The notes: generated from the letters alone by a model not told the origin. Counted from the first letter of the stretch, positions 36,181 through 45,323 are shown. The stretch: 64,000 bases of DNA from Collinsella sp. (GCA_048183675.1 DBEYWP010000003.1:1194-65193); one strand, 5' to 3'. A program made the numbers and translations.

Positions 36181-37221
36181 ATGTCTGAGCTCAATCCCGT
36201 CCGCATTGCCGTTATCGGCGCCGGCGCCATGGGCCGCAACCACATCCGCTTTGTCACCGAGGAGCCCGAGGCCGAGCTCGTCGCCATCGCCGACGCCTTT
36301 GAGGGCGCCCGCGCCACGGCCGAGGCCGCCGGCGTGCCGTTCTTTACCGATCCCGCCCAGATGATGGACGAGGTCAAGCCCGAGGCCGTCATCATCGCCA
36401 CCCCCAACGACCTACACCTGGGCGTTGCCCGCGAGGCCGTAAAGCGCAACATCGTGCCGCTGGTCGAAAAGCCGATCTCCAACGACCTGGAAGATGCCCA
36501 GGCCTTCGCCGCCGAGGCCGAGACCGCCGGCGTGCCCGTGCTCGTGGGTCAGCACCGTCGCCACAACCCCTTCGTCAACAAGGCCAAGGAGATCATCGAG
36601 TCCGGCGAGCTGGGCAAGCTCACCGTGTCGAGCTTCCACTACATGATCTATAAGAATGACGAGTACTTCGACGTCGAGTGGCGCCGTAAGAAGGGTGCCG
36701 GCCCGATCCTGGTCAACCTGGTTCACGACGTCGACCTGCTCCGCTACCTGCTGGGCGAGCCCGTTGCCGTCCAGGGTATGCAGTCCAGCGCCGCCCGCGG
36801 TTTTGAGACCGAGGACTCCGCCGTGGTCAACGTCCGTTTTGCCGATGGCGCGCTCGCAAGCATGACCATCTCCGACGCCACCGCCAGCCCCTGGAACTGG
36901 GAGGCAACCGCTCGCGAGGATCCGCAGTACCGCCCCTTCGACGCCGACGCCTACTTTATCGGCGGCACTAAGGGCGCCCTGTCGCTGCCCCGCCTGCACC
37001 AGTTCTCTTACGACGGCGCCTCCAACTGGCACAAGCCGCTGCAGATGGAGATTCCGGCCGTGGACCCGGCGCTGCCGCACAAGATGCAGCTCAAGCACTT
37101 TGTGAAGGTCGTCCGCCGCGAGGTCGAGCCCGTCGTGACCCCCGCCGATAACGTCAAGACGCTCACGCTTCTCAACGCCATCAAGGAGGCCGCCGAGACC
37201 GGCCAGCTCGTCGAGCTGTAA
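36181..37221 (+). CDS. Gfo/Idh/MocA family oxidoreductase
   Basis: RIAVIGAGAMGRNH Rossmann motif and the EKP motif (VEKPIS). AAGGAG lies upstream of the ATG. Confidence 0.85.
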   Translation: MSELNPVRIAVIGAGAMGRNHIRFVTEEPEAELVAIADAFEGARATAEAAGVPFFTDPAQMMDEVKPEAVIIATPNDLHLGVAREAVKRNIVPLVEKPISNDLEDAQAFAAEAETAGVPVLVGQHRRHNPFVNKAKEIIESGELGKLTVSSFHYMIYKNDEYFDVEWRRKKGAGPILVNLVHDVDLLRYLLGEPVAVQGMQSSAARGFETEDSAVVNVRFADGALASMTISDATASPWNWEATAREDPQYRPFDADAYFIGGTKGALSLPRLHQFSYDGASNWHKPLQMEIPAVDPALPHKMQLKHFVKVVRREVEPVVTPADNVKTLTLLNAIKEAAETGQLVEL

Positions 37222-37282
37222 TGCTGTATTAGGGCAGGCCTCGGCAGAAACCCCATGCCGAGCCCTTCGGTCCGCCACCAAC

Positions 37283-37333
37283 AAGCCCCTCTTCTTTGCC
37301 CTGCGAGCAGCCTCCTGCCCGCGGGGCTTTTTG
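37283..37333 (+). terminator. weak terminator candidate after the Gfo/Idh/MocA gene
   Basis: aagcccc...ggggctt closes a GC-rich loop and is followed by ttttt. The stem is short. Confidence 0.35.
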
Positions 37334-37392
37334 CTACCTTGCCGACGATTATTCTGGAGCGAGGCTATTTTGCGCCTCAGCTTGGTTCGTTC

Positions 37393-37552
37393 GCCACGAA
37401 ATGGGCCTATCTACTACGTTTAACCGATCGCCCTCAAGCATGCCGAATTTCGCGAGATAAAAACCGCAGGTAAACGGCTTGCCGACTTTCGGAAAACCCA
37501 GGTATGGTCAGCCCCTACGGGTAAAACGTAGTAGATAGGCCGTTTTCGTGGC
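37393..37552. repeat. 29-bp inverted repeat (2 mismatches) flanking a 102-nt core, upstream of tex
   Basis: gccacgaaatgggcctatctactacgttt (37393..37421) pairs with aaacgtagtagataggccgttttcgtggc (37524..37552). Confidence 0.7.
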
Positions 37553-37634
37553 GCGGCCCCAAAACAGCCTTTTGGGACGGGTGGTATCCTTGGTAGCCCT
37601 GTGCTGCAAACGCACCTTAAACGCAAGGAGTCCC

Positions 37635-39782
37635 ATGGATCTTATCGCCCAGCTCGCCCACGAGCTCAACCTTAAGGCCGCCAACATCGAGGCGGCCGTC
37701 AAGCTCATCGACGAGGGCAACACCATCCCCTTTATCTCGCGCTACCGCAAGGAAGCCACGGGCGGCATGGACGACGTCGCCCTGCGCGCACTCGACGAGC
37801 GCCTGTCCTACCTGCGCAATCTTGAACAGCGCAAAGAGGACGTCATTCTGCTCATCGACGCCCAGGGCAAACTTACGCCCGAGCTCGAACAGCAGATTCG
37901 CGAGGCCACGCAGCTCCAGCGTGTCGAGGACCTCTACAAGCCCTACCGCAAAAAGCGCATGACCCGCGCGCAGAAGGCCCGCGAGGCAGGTCTGGAGCCG
38001 CTTGCCAACATGATCATCATGCAGGCATCCGCCAAGGGCAGCGCGCTCGACGCCGCCGCGGCCTACGTCAACGAGGAGGCTGGCTTCGACACGCCCGAAA
38101 AGGCGCTTGCCGGCACCGCCGACATCGTGGCCGAAACGGTGGCCGAGGACCCGGAGAACGTCGCCGACCTGCGCGCCTTTACGCAAAACACTGCCGATAT
38201 CGTCGTCGAAGCCACCGACCCTGCGGAGAAGACCCCCTACGAGCCCTACTACAACTTTGACGAGCCGCTGCGCCGTATACCCAACCACCGCGTGCTGGCT
38301 ATCGACCGCGGTGAGCACGAGGGCAAGCTCCGTGTGCGCGTGAACGTCGACGGCGCCGCCGCCACGGCGCGCCTCGGCAGCCGCTGGCCCCGTCGCCAAG
38401 GCGTCTTCGCTCCCGTCTTTGACGCCGCCATCGCTGACGGTTACAAGCGCCTGATGGCCCCTTCGCTGGAGCGCGAGGCCCGCGCCAAACTCACCGTTCG
38501 CGCCCAGACCGAGGCCATCAACGTCTTTGCCAAGAATCTCGAGGGGCTGCTCTCGGCACGCCCCGTGCGCGGTGCCCGCGTGCTCGCGCTCGATCCGGGC
38601 TACCGTACCGGCTGCAAGGTCGCCGTCATGGACGAGACCGGCAAGCTACTCGACCACGGCGTGGTCTACCCCACCAAGCCGCGCCACGACGTCGCCGGCA
38701 CCAAGCGCGAGCTCGCCCGCCTCGTCAAGAAGGACGGCGTCAACACCATCGTCATCGGCAATGGCACTGCCAGCCGCGAGACCGAGGAAGTCGTCTCGGA
38801 GTTCATCGCCGAGCAGGCTCCTGGGCTGCGATACACCATCGTCAACGAGGCCGGCGCATCGGTGTACTCCGCCTCCGAGCTCGCAAGCCAGGAGTATCCC
38901 GACCTGGATGTCACTGTGCGTGGCGCCATGAGCCTGGGCCGCCGCCTGCAAGACCCGCTGGCAGAGCTCGTCAAGATTCCGCCCCAGTCCATCGGCGTTG
39001 GCCAGTACCAGCACGACCTTGACCAGGCCGAGCTTTCGCGCACCCTGGGCCACGTGGTGGAAGACGTCGTCAACCGCGTGGGCGTCGACGTCAACACCGC
39101 GAGCGCGAGCCTGCTGGGATACGTATCGGGCATCACGCCAAGCGTGGCCAAGAACATCGTGGCCTACCGCGAGGAAAACGGTGCCTTTACCGATCGCCGC
39201 CAGCTCAAGAAAGTCCCCAAGCTGGGACCCAAGGCATATCTCAACGCCGCGGGCTTCCTGCGCATCAGCGGTGGCAAGAACCCGCTCGACGCGACAAGCG
39301 TCCACCCCGAGAGCTACGAGGTGGCCACGGCCGTCCTGGAGCGCGCAGGCGTTAAAGCCAGCGAGCTCAGCCGCGGCGGCGTGCCCGACATCGAGCGCCG
39401 CTTGGGCAGCATCTCGGCGCTGGCAAGCGACCTGGGCTGCGGCACCCTCACGCTCATCGACATTGTCAACGAGCTCAAGAAGCCCGGTCGCGACCCGCGC
39501 GACGACGCGCCCGAGGTGGTCTTTAGCCGCTCGGCGCTTTCCATCGACGACCTGGAGCCCGGCATGGAACTCAAGGGCACGGTGCGCAACGTCGTCGACT
39601 TTGGTGCCTTCGTCGACGTGGGCGTGCACCAGGACGGCCTCGTGCATATCTCCAAGCTGGCCAACCGCTTCGTCAAGCACCCCAGCGACGTGGTGCGCGT
39701 CGGCGACACGGTCAAGGTGTGGGTCGAGAGGGTCGATCGCGACCGCAAGAAAATCTCCCTCACCATGGTGCAGGGGAAGTAA
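37635..39782 (+). CDS. tex: Tex-like transcription accessory protein (YqgF/HhH/S1 domains)
   Basis: The N-terminus is MDLIAQLAHELNLKAANIEAAVKLIDEGNTIPFISRYRKE. The C-terminal S1 domain is GMELKGTVRNVVDFGAFVDVGVHQDGLVHISKL. Start at the ATG at 37635, with AAGGAG upstream. Confidence 0.9.
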   Translation: MDLIAQLAHELNLKAANIEAAVKLIDEGNTIPFISRYRKEATGGMDDVALRALDERLSYLRNLEQRKEDVILLIDAQGKLTPELEQQIREATQLQRVEDLYKPYRKKRMTRAQKAREAGLEPLANMIIMQASAKGSALDAAAAYVNEEAGFDTPEKALAGTADIVAETVAEDPENVADLRAFTQNTADIVVEATDPAEKTPYEPYYNFDEPLRRIPNHRVLAIDRGEHEGKLRVRVNVDGAAATARLGSRWPRRQGVFAPVFDAAIADGYKRLMAPSLEREARAKLTVRAQTEAINVFAKNLEGLLSARPVRGARVLALDPGYRTGCKVAVMDETGKLLDHGVVYPTKPRHDVAGTKRELARLVKKDGVNTIVIGNGTASRETEEVVSEFIAEQAPGLRYTIVNEAGASVYSASELASQEYPDLDVTVRGAMSLGRRLQDPLAELVKIPPQSIGVGQYQHDLDQAELSRTLGHVVEDVVNRVGVDVNTASASLLGYVSGITPSVAKNIVAYREENGAFTDRRQLKKVPKLGPKAYLNAAGFLRISGGKNPLDATSVHPESYEVATAVLERAGVKASELSRGGVPDIERRLGSISALASDLGCGTLTLIDIVNELKKPGRDPRDDAPEVVFSRSALSIDDLEPGMELKGTVRNVVDFGAFVDVGVHQDGLVHISKLANRFVKHPSDVVRVGDTVKVWVERVDRDRKKISLTMVQGK

Positions 39783-39786
39783 ACCG

Positions 39787-40008
39787 TCAAAGCAAGGGTA
39801 CCCCCTGCAGCGACGTGCAAAATCGCGAGTATTCTGCAAATTCCGCCGTTCCGGATGTCCCTCAGAGACGAAAAAGCAAAAAAACAGCCCCCGTTTTAGC
39901 GTCATCAGAGCCAAAACGGGGGTCGTTCCGTGCTTCGATTAACTGGTAAAAGCCTTTACCTTGCTGAATACTCTCAATTTTGCACGTCGCGGGCGGGGGT
40001 ACCTTTGA
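39787..40008. repeat. imperfect ~45-bp inverted repeat flanking a ~130-nt core containing a terminator hairpin
   Basis: The left arm tcaaagcaagggtaccccctgcagcgacgtgcaaaatcgcgagtattc pairs with the right arm gaatactctcaattttgcacgtcgcgggcgggggtacctttga. Shared blocks are ggtaccccc, gcgacgtgcaaaat and agtattc. Confidence 0.55.
39888..39922 (-). terminator. hairpin terminator (U-run on the minus strand) between tex and the transaldolase gene
   Basis: cccccgtttt / aaaacggggg. On the minus strand it is followed by ctgtttttttgcttttt. Confidence 0.6.
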
Positions 40009-40062
40009 ACACGGCAGGATATGGAAGCCGATTACCAACCTACTGGCAAGCTCGTGCCGGCA

Positions 40063-40140
40063 GCCCCGGCCTTCCCTTTCCCTAGCGCAACTCTCGCAAA
40101 GCGCGTGAGCGATAGGGAAAGGGAAAGGGAAGGCCGGGGC
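40063..40140. repeat. long GC/purine-rich hairpin downstream of the transaldolase gene
   Basis: gccccggccttccctttcccta pairs with tagggaaagggaaagggaaggccggggc. The right arm carries one extra gggaaa unit. Confidence 0.7.
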
Positions 40141-40170
40141 GAACAGCCCACGGCGCAGCCAGTGTTCGCC

Positions 40171-40875
40171 CTACGGCAGAATATGGAAGCCCAAAGCGGC
40201 GATATCCTTAGCGAAACCGCGCACGGTATCGAGCGAGACCTCGTACGGGTCGCGGCCGATGTTCTTGCGCTTGGCCAGAATACTGTTGGGCGCCGTGATG
40301 ATCTGGCAACCGCATCCTTCCGCCTGGTAAATGTTGATGAGCTCGCGCGTGGACGCCCACAGGACCTCGCAGTTGGGCTTGGCGGCGGCCTTCTTGACCG
40401 ACTCCGTCATAAACGGAATGGGATCGACGCCGGTATCGGCGATGCGGCCGGCAAAGAGCGAGATGATGGACGGCGTCTCGACGTCAACGGCCTCGACCAT
40501 CTCATCGACCTGCTTAGGCGTAAAGATGGTAGTGACGTTGACCTTGATGCCGTCGGCCGAAAGCTTGCGGACCAGCTCGGCGGTGGACTCGCCCTTGGTG
40601 GTCACGCACGGAATCTTGACGTAGACGTTCTCGGCCCAGGTAGCGATCTCGCGAGCCTCGACCTCCATGGTCTCGACGTCATCGGCAAAGACCTCAAACG
40701 AGACGGACACATCGATGATGTGGGCCAGGACCTCCTTGGCAAACGCGCGGTAATCCGTCACGCCGCCCTTCTTCATAAGGGACGGGTTAGTCGTGAAACC
40801 CTGAACGTTGCCGTTCTCGTACATGTCGAGCATGCCCTCGAGGTTTGCACCGTCAGCGAACACCTTGATTGCCAT
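40171..40875 (-). CDS. transaldolase-family class I aldolase (short FSA/TalC-like type), copy 1
   Basis: MAIKVFADGANLEGML..GFTTNPSLM..., with the Schiff-base lysine context VYVKIP. Length 234 aa. Start at the ATG at 40875. Confidence 0.85.
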   Translation of the reverse strand: MAIKVFADGANLEGMLDMYENGNVQGFTTNPSLMKKGGVTDYRAFAKEVLAHIIDVSVSFEVFADDVETMEVEAREIATWAENVYVKIPCVTTKGESTAELVRKLSADGIKVNVTTIFTPKQVDEMVEAVDVETPSIISLFAGRIADTGVDPIPFMTESVKKAAAKPNCEVLWASTRELINIYQAEGCGCQIITAPNSILAKRKNIGRDPYEVSLDTVRGFAKDIAALGFHILP

Positions 40876-41104
40876 CTGCCTGATTCCTTTCGTCTGCATA
40901 CGGCCGGTAAGCTGCTAAACACTTTACCTGTGTTTATCAAGGCTTAAACTGCGGGTTTTTATCTTCTCGGCGAACGGTTTTGCAGATTTACCATTTTTAT
41001 ATCGACGCCCCAGCGGCAAAACGTTTTTGCCGATCATCGCGGTTGATTCCGTTCACGGAACAGAAGCAGCGCCTTGCCGGCTCGTTTTCACAATCGCCCC
41101 AAAG

Positions 41105-41142
41105 CAAAAAGCGGTGACGCCTCATTTGAGACGTCACCGCTT
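41105..41142 (-). terminator. intrinsic terminator after the PTS IIC gene
   Basis: aagcggtgacg / cgtcaccgctt, with a U-run on the minus strand. Confidence 0.7.
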
Positions 41143-41199
41143 CCGTGTAGGAGCCGGTTATCGGAGCTCCGCCCGATCAGGGCTTAACGTACGCCTGGA

Positions 41200-42591
41200 T
41201 TACTCTTCCTCAACGTGGTTAATCACAGCACCCTTGGTGTGGATGAAGTTGGGGACGAAGGCGACGACCAGAAGGACAGCGAGAATCGCGTAGACACCGG
41301 TGGTACCGAAGGCCTCGGCAGCGCGGCCGAGCGTAATACCAATGACAGAGAAATCGAAGTCGCCGAACGTAGTGTTCTTGAAGCCAAAGACGTCAAGAAC
41401 GGGCAGGAGCAGGGCCGGGGCAAAGGTGATGAGCAGGCCGTTGACGAAAGCGCCAAGAGCTGCGCCCTTGCGACCGCCAGTAGCATTGCCGTAGATGCCG
41501 GCGGTAGCACCGCAGAAGAAGTGGGGAACCGTGCCCGGGATGATGAAGATGCCCAGGGTAGCGCCCACGATGAACATACCGACTACGCCGCCGATGAAGG
41601 AAGCGACAAAGCCGAGGATGACGGCGGTGGGAGCATAGGGGAAGAAGACGGCGCAGTCGACGGCGGGGATGGCGCCAGGGATCAGCTTGTTGGAGATGCC
41701 CTGGAAAGCCGGGACCAGGTCGGCGAGGATCATACGAACGCCGTTGTAGACGATGGTGACACCAACGGCGAAGGACAGGGCACAGGTCAGGGCATAGACG
41801 ATTACATTGTCGCCGCCAGCGGTCTTGGTAACGACCGCAGGATCTGCGATGTAAGCGGCGAAAGCGGTAACCAGGTAGAAGAAGGCCATGGTAAGAGCCG
41901 TGGAGATGGTGGTGTCGCGCAGGAAGGAGAACTTCTCGGGAACCTCGATCTTCTCGGTGCTGTTCTCCTCGGCGTCCTTAGCAAAAAGCGTACCGACTGC
42001 AGCGGAGATGTAATAGGCGAGTGAACCGAAGTGGCCCATGGCGATTTCATCGCCATCGGTAACCTTCTCGGTGAAACGCTGACCAACGGCGGGAAGCATA
42101 GCGCTCACGAGACCCAGGAACATGCCGCCCACGATGACAAGCTGGACATCCTGGAAGCCAGATGCCTGCAGAACGGCAGACAGCAGGCAAGCCATGAACA
42201 TGCTGTGATGGCCCGTCAGAAAGATGTACTTAAACTTGGTAAAACGGGCAATGATAATGTTCACGACGTAGCCGAGAATCAGGATCATCATGGTCTGAAC
42301 GCCGAGGACGCTCTGAGCCATCGAAACGACGACCTCGTTGTTGGGCACGACGCCGGTGATGTGGAAACCGGTCTCGATGAAGGTACCCAGCGGAGCAAGG
42401 TTCTCCTGAACAACAGCAGCGCCGGCAGACAGCATGATGTAACCAAGAATGGGCTTCAGGGTTCCCGTCATCACCTTGTGGGCAGGGCGCTTGAGCGCAA
42501 CAAGGCCCACAAAGGCAAACAGACCCATGATCCACGCTGGCTTAGTCAGAATCGATTGGATAAACTCAAGTATGGGAAGGATGGCTTGCAT
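41200..42591 (-). CDS. PTS ascorbate-family (UlaA/SgaT-like) EIIC permease
   Basis: 463 aa and polytopic. The N-terminus MQAILPILEFIQSILTKPAWIMGLFAFVGL is typical of SgaT/UlaA. Start at the ATG at 42591, with AAAGGAAG upstream. Confidence 0.9.
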   Translation of the reverse strand: MQAILPILEFIQSILTKPAWIMGLFAFVGLVALKRPAHKVMTGTLKPILGYIMLSAGAAVVQENLAPLGTFIETGFHITGVVPNNEVVVSMAQSVLGVQTMMILILGYVVNIIIARFTKFKYIFLTGHHSMFMACLLSAVLQASGFQDVQLVIVGGMFLGLVSAMLPAVGQRFTEKVTDGDEIAMGHFGSLAYYISAAVGTLFAKDAEENSTEKIEVPEKFSFLRDTTISTALTMAFFYLVTAFAAYIADPAVVTKTAGGDNVIVYALTCALSFAVGVTIVYNGVRMILADLVPAFQGISNKLIPGAIPAVDCAVFFPYAPTAVILGFVASFIGGVVGMFIVGATLGIFIIPGTVPHFFCGATAGIYGNATGGRKGAALGAFVNGLLITFAPALLLPVLDVFGFKNTTFGDFDFSVIGITLGRAAEAFGTTGVYAILAVLLVVAFVPNFIHTKGAVINHVEEE

Positions 42592-42662
42592 CTGCGCTTC
42601 CTTTCTCTCTAACGTGGGCGCGTTTCCCTCTTCCACAGGGAACCGCCCTTTTTCGTGCCGCT

Positions 42663-42938
42663 TTAGGCGTTAGCGGCGGCCGCCTTGATTGCCTCGAGGG
42701 CGTCTTCGCGGATCTTCTTCTTGTTCACATAGCTGCGAACGATCACAACGTTGCCGTGGAGCTCGGGGGCGAGCTCCTTAACGGTGATGAACAGATCCGG
42801 ATTTGCGGAAGAAGCACCGTTCAGGTCCATAGACTCAACGTCGGCCTTGATGCCCTCCTCCTCGCAAAGCTCCTCGACTTTGCCAGCGAGCATCAGGCTA
42901 GACCCGATGCCGTTTCCGCATACGGTGATGATATGCAT
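42663..42938 (-). CDS. PTS EIIB (UlaB/SgaB-like)
   Basis: MHIITVCGNGIGSSLM with the phospho-Cys motif. Length 91 aa. Confidence 0.85.
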   Translation of the reverse strand: MHIITVCGNGIGSSLMLAGKVEELCEEEGIKADVESMDLNGASSANPDLFITVKELAPELHGNVVIVRSYVNKKKIREDALEAIKAAAANA

Positions 42939-43013
42939 GGCAACCTTCCTCTCCTACACGTGACGGTTTTCCGTCTATCCAAAAGCGGCGACGCATCGCC
43001 GTGCCATTAAGGC

Positions 43014-43460
43014 CTAAAAGAATGAACGCATGGTCTCCAAAACCTGCTCGGGCGTATCGCATGCGCTGAGCTTGGCAACGCAGTCCTCGTCCTCGAACAT
43101 CTGCGAAAGCTCCGCCAAGCAGCCAAGATGAGCCTTGGGGTCGGGTGCGCAAATACCCACGAGCACGTGAACCGGATCGAAATCCTCGTGTCCAAACGCA
43201 ACGGCAGGGTCAAGCGTAACGATACAGATTCCCGCTTCACTCACATTGCCATCTGCCTGGGCGTGGGGCATGGCGATGCCCTCTTCCAAGACCATATAGG
43301 GGCCGAATTTGTGAACCGATGAAATCATGGCGTCAACATAGCTCTGGTCGCATTTGCCAGCGTCTACGAGCAATTTACCGCATGCCCTGATCGCTTCCTC
43401 CCAGTCGGAGGCCTCGACGTGGCAGGCAACAAGCTCGGGTTTAAGAAGATCGGTCAGCAT
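43014..43460 (-). CDS. PTS EIIA (mannitol/fructose/UlaC type)
   Basis: GIAMPHA with the active-site His. Length 148 aa. Confidence 0.85.
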   Translation of the reverse strand: MLTDLLKPELVACHVEASDWEEAIRACGKLLVDAGKCDQSYVDAMISSVHKFGPYMVLEEGIAMPHAQADGNVSEAGICIVTLDPAVAFGHEDFDPVHVLVGICAPDPKAHLGCLAELSQMFEDEDCVAKLSACDTPEQVLETMRSFF

Positions 43461-43469
43461 GCTCGTCCC

Positions 43470-44180
43470 CTACTCCTCGGGCAAGATATGAAAACCAAGC
43501 GCCTGAACGTCGCGGGCAAAGCCCTTGACCGTATCAAGCGAGTACTCAAGCAAATCTTTCCCGAAATTCTTGCGCTTGGCAAGAATGGCATTGGGGACCG
43601 TAATGATCTGGCATCCAACGGACTCTGCCTGGAAGATATTGAGGACCTCGCGCGTAGACGCCCAGAGAACCTCGGCAGCAGGCTTAACGGCAGCCTTCTT
43701 TACGGACTCCGCCATGAGGGGCAGCGGATCGACGCCGGTATCGGCAATGCGACCGGCAAAGATGGACAGAATAGAGGGGGTCTCGGCAGAAACGGCATCG
43801 ACGAACTCGTCGACCTGCTCGGGCGTGAAGATAGTGGTGACATTCACCTTGATGCCGTCGGCAGAAAGGCGCTTGACCAACGCGGCAGTAGACTCGCCCT
43901 TGGTGTTGAGCGCCGGGATCTTAACGTAGACGTTGTCTGCCCAGGTTGCGATCTCGCGAGCCTCGGCTTCCATACCAGCCTCGTCATCAGCGAAAACCTC
44001 AAAAGAGACCGACACATCGGTAATGTGCTCAAGAACCGTCTTGGCAAAAGCGCGGTAGTCGGTCACGCCGCCGGCCTTCATAAGGGAAGGATTGGTCGTG
44101 AAGCCCTGAACGTTGCCATTGTCATGCATGTCAAGCATGCCTTCGAGGTTAGCGCCGTCGGCAAACACCTTGATCGCCAT
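43470..44180 (-). CDS. transaldolase-family class I aldolase, copy 2 (close paralog of 40171..40875)
   Basis: MAIKVFADGANLEGMLDMHDNGNVQGFTTNPSLM...VYVKIP. It is colinear with copy 1 over its whole length. Start at the ATG at 44180. Confidence 0.85.
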   Translation of the reverse strand: MAIKVFADGANLEGMLDMHDNGNVQGFTTNPSLMKAGGVTDYRAFAKTVLEHITDVSVSFEVFADDEAGMEAEAREIATWADNVYVKIPALNTKGESTAALVKRLSADGIKVNVTTIFTPEQVDEFVDAVSAETPSILSIFAGRIADTGVDPLPLMAESVKKAAVKPAAEVLWASTREVLNIFQAESVGCQIITVPNAILAKRKNFGKDLLEYSLDTVKGFARDVQALGFHILPEE

Positions 44181-44528
44181 GTTCGGTCCTTTCTCATCTA
44201 ACACTATTGCTATCGAAAGCCTTCTTCTTTGTTTCAAAAGCTTTTCGGTTTTCTTTTATAAACCATTTCAAAAGCTATCGAAAGCTCAATTGTCAACTTT
44301 CCGTGAACGGTCGAATATCGGGTGTGAACGTGCTTCTTTTGGGCGGCACCTCCAGAACAAGCCCCTCTATACGCTATTTAAGTGCGAACTATCTGCTACA
44401 TATGCATTCGGGACATGCCATTCCGTTCATTTGATTCATACGATTTTGCCTTGTGCTTTTCATATCGATACGTTATATTTCGATTACGAAAGGCGCATCT
44501 TTTGCCTTTTGTTCAAAAGGAGCGGCAT

Positions 44529-45320
44529 ATGGCATCTACTTCAGACCTTTCACCGGCCGAGCGTCAGCGATTTATCATGAATTGGCTGGCCGAAAAACCA
44601 AATATCTCGGTATCCGACATCGTTCGCCGTTTTTCGGTTTCGGAAGTCACCGCACGACACGACCTCGTCTCGCTGGAATCCGAGGGCAAGCTGCGTCGCG
44701 TACGCGGTGGAGCGGTATCGCTTTCTCGCTCCAACGCAATCTCGTATCCCGAGGAGCGCATCAATGTCCAAGTCGAGGCCAAGGAGGCCATCGCCGCAAC
44801 CGCAGCAACTCTTGTTGATGATGGCGATGTTCTGGTAATTGATATCGGCACCACGGGCTTTTACTTCGCTAAGGCCCTCATGGACAAGCGTGAGATCACC
44901 ATTATCACCGGCGATCTTGCAATCGCGAACTACGCCAGCTTCAATCTCCCCAATGCTTCGGTAGTGCTGCTGGGCGGCTCCGTGCGCAAGGGTCACCTCT
45001 ATCTCGCGGGCGCACTAACGCTCGACTGTATGAGCAAACTACATGCCGACAAGGCGTTTGTCAGTGCCGACGGATTCCACCCCGACCACGGTTTTACCGT
45101 CGAGCACGACTTCTCGGCCATGATCAAGCATATGTACCTGACCAACTCAAACCAGGGTTACATGATGGTTGACCAGGGAAAGTTCAACAAGACCAGTTTT
45201 TATCAGTCCGCGCAGATCGATGACCTCGATGGCATCATCGTTGACGGAGACGACGAGGGCATCATGACGGCGGCGATCGAGAGCAGCCGCAATCATCCCA
45301 AGCTCTATATTGCAAAATAG
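44529..45320 (+). CDS. DeoR/GlpR family transcriptional regulator
   Basis: ERQRFIMNWLAEKPNISVSDIVRRFSVSEVTARHDLVSLESEGKLRRVRGGA, plus a C-terminal sugar-phosphate-binding domain. Start at the ATG at 44529, with AAGGAG upstream. Confidence 0.85.
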   Translation: MASTSDLSPAERQRFIMNWLAEKPNISVSDIVRRFSVSEVTARHDLVSLESEGKLRRVRGGAVSLSRSNAISYPEERINVQVEAKEAIAATAATLVDDGDVLVIDIGTTGFYFAKALMDKREITIITGDLAIANYASFNLPNASVVLLGGSVRKGHLYLAGALTLDCMSKLHADKAFVSADGFHPDHGFTVEHDFSAMIKHMYLTNSNQGYMMVDQGKFNKTSFYQSAQIDDLDGIIVDGDDEGIMTAAIESSRNHPKLYIAK

Positions 45321-45323
45321 CCC

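Noticed and set aside
37548-37634. ORF-track start of tex at 37548, and similar maximal starts for many other genes (7730, 9260, 10157, 12276, 13400, 15434, 17655, 26855, 40899, 42636, 44237, 44382, 46230, 49726, 53698, 54912, 62291)
   Set aside because: The extended N-termini lack an RBS, run through repeats or terminators, or add non-homologous leader peptides. Internal ATG/GTG codons with GGAG-type RBS that match family N-termini were used instead.
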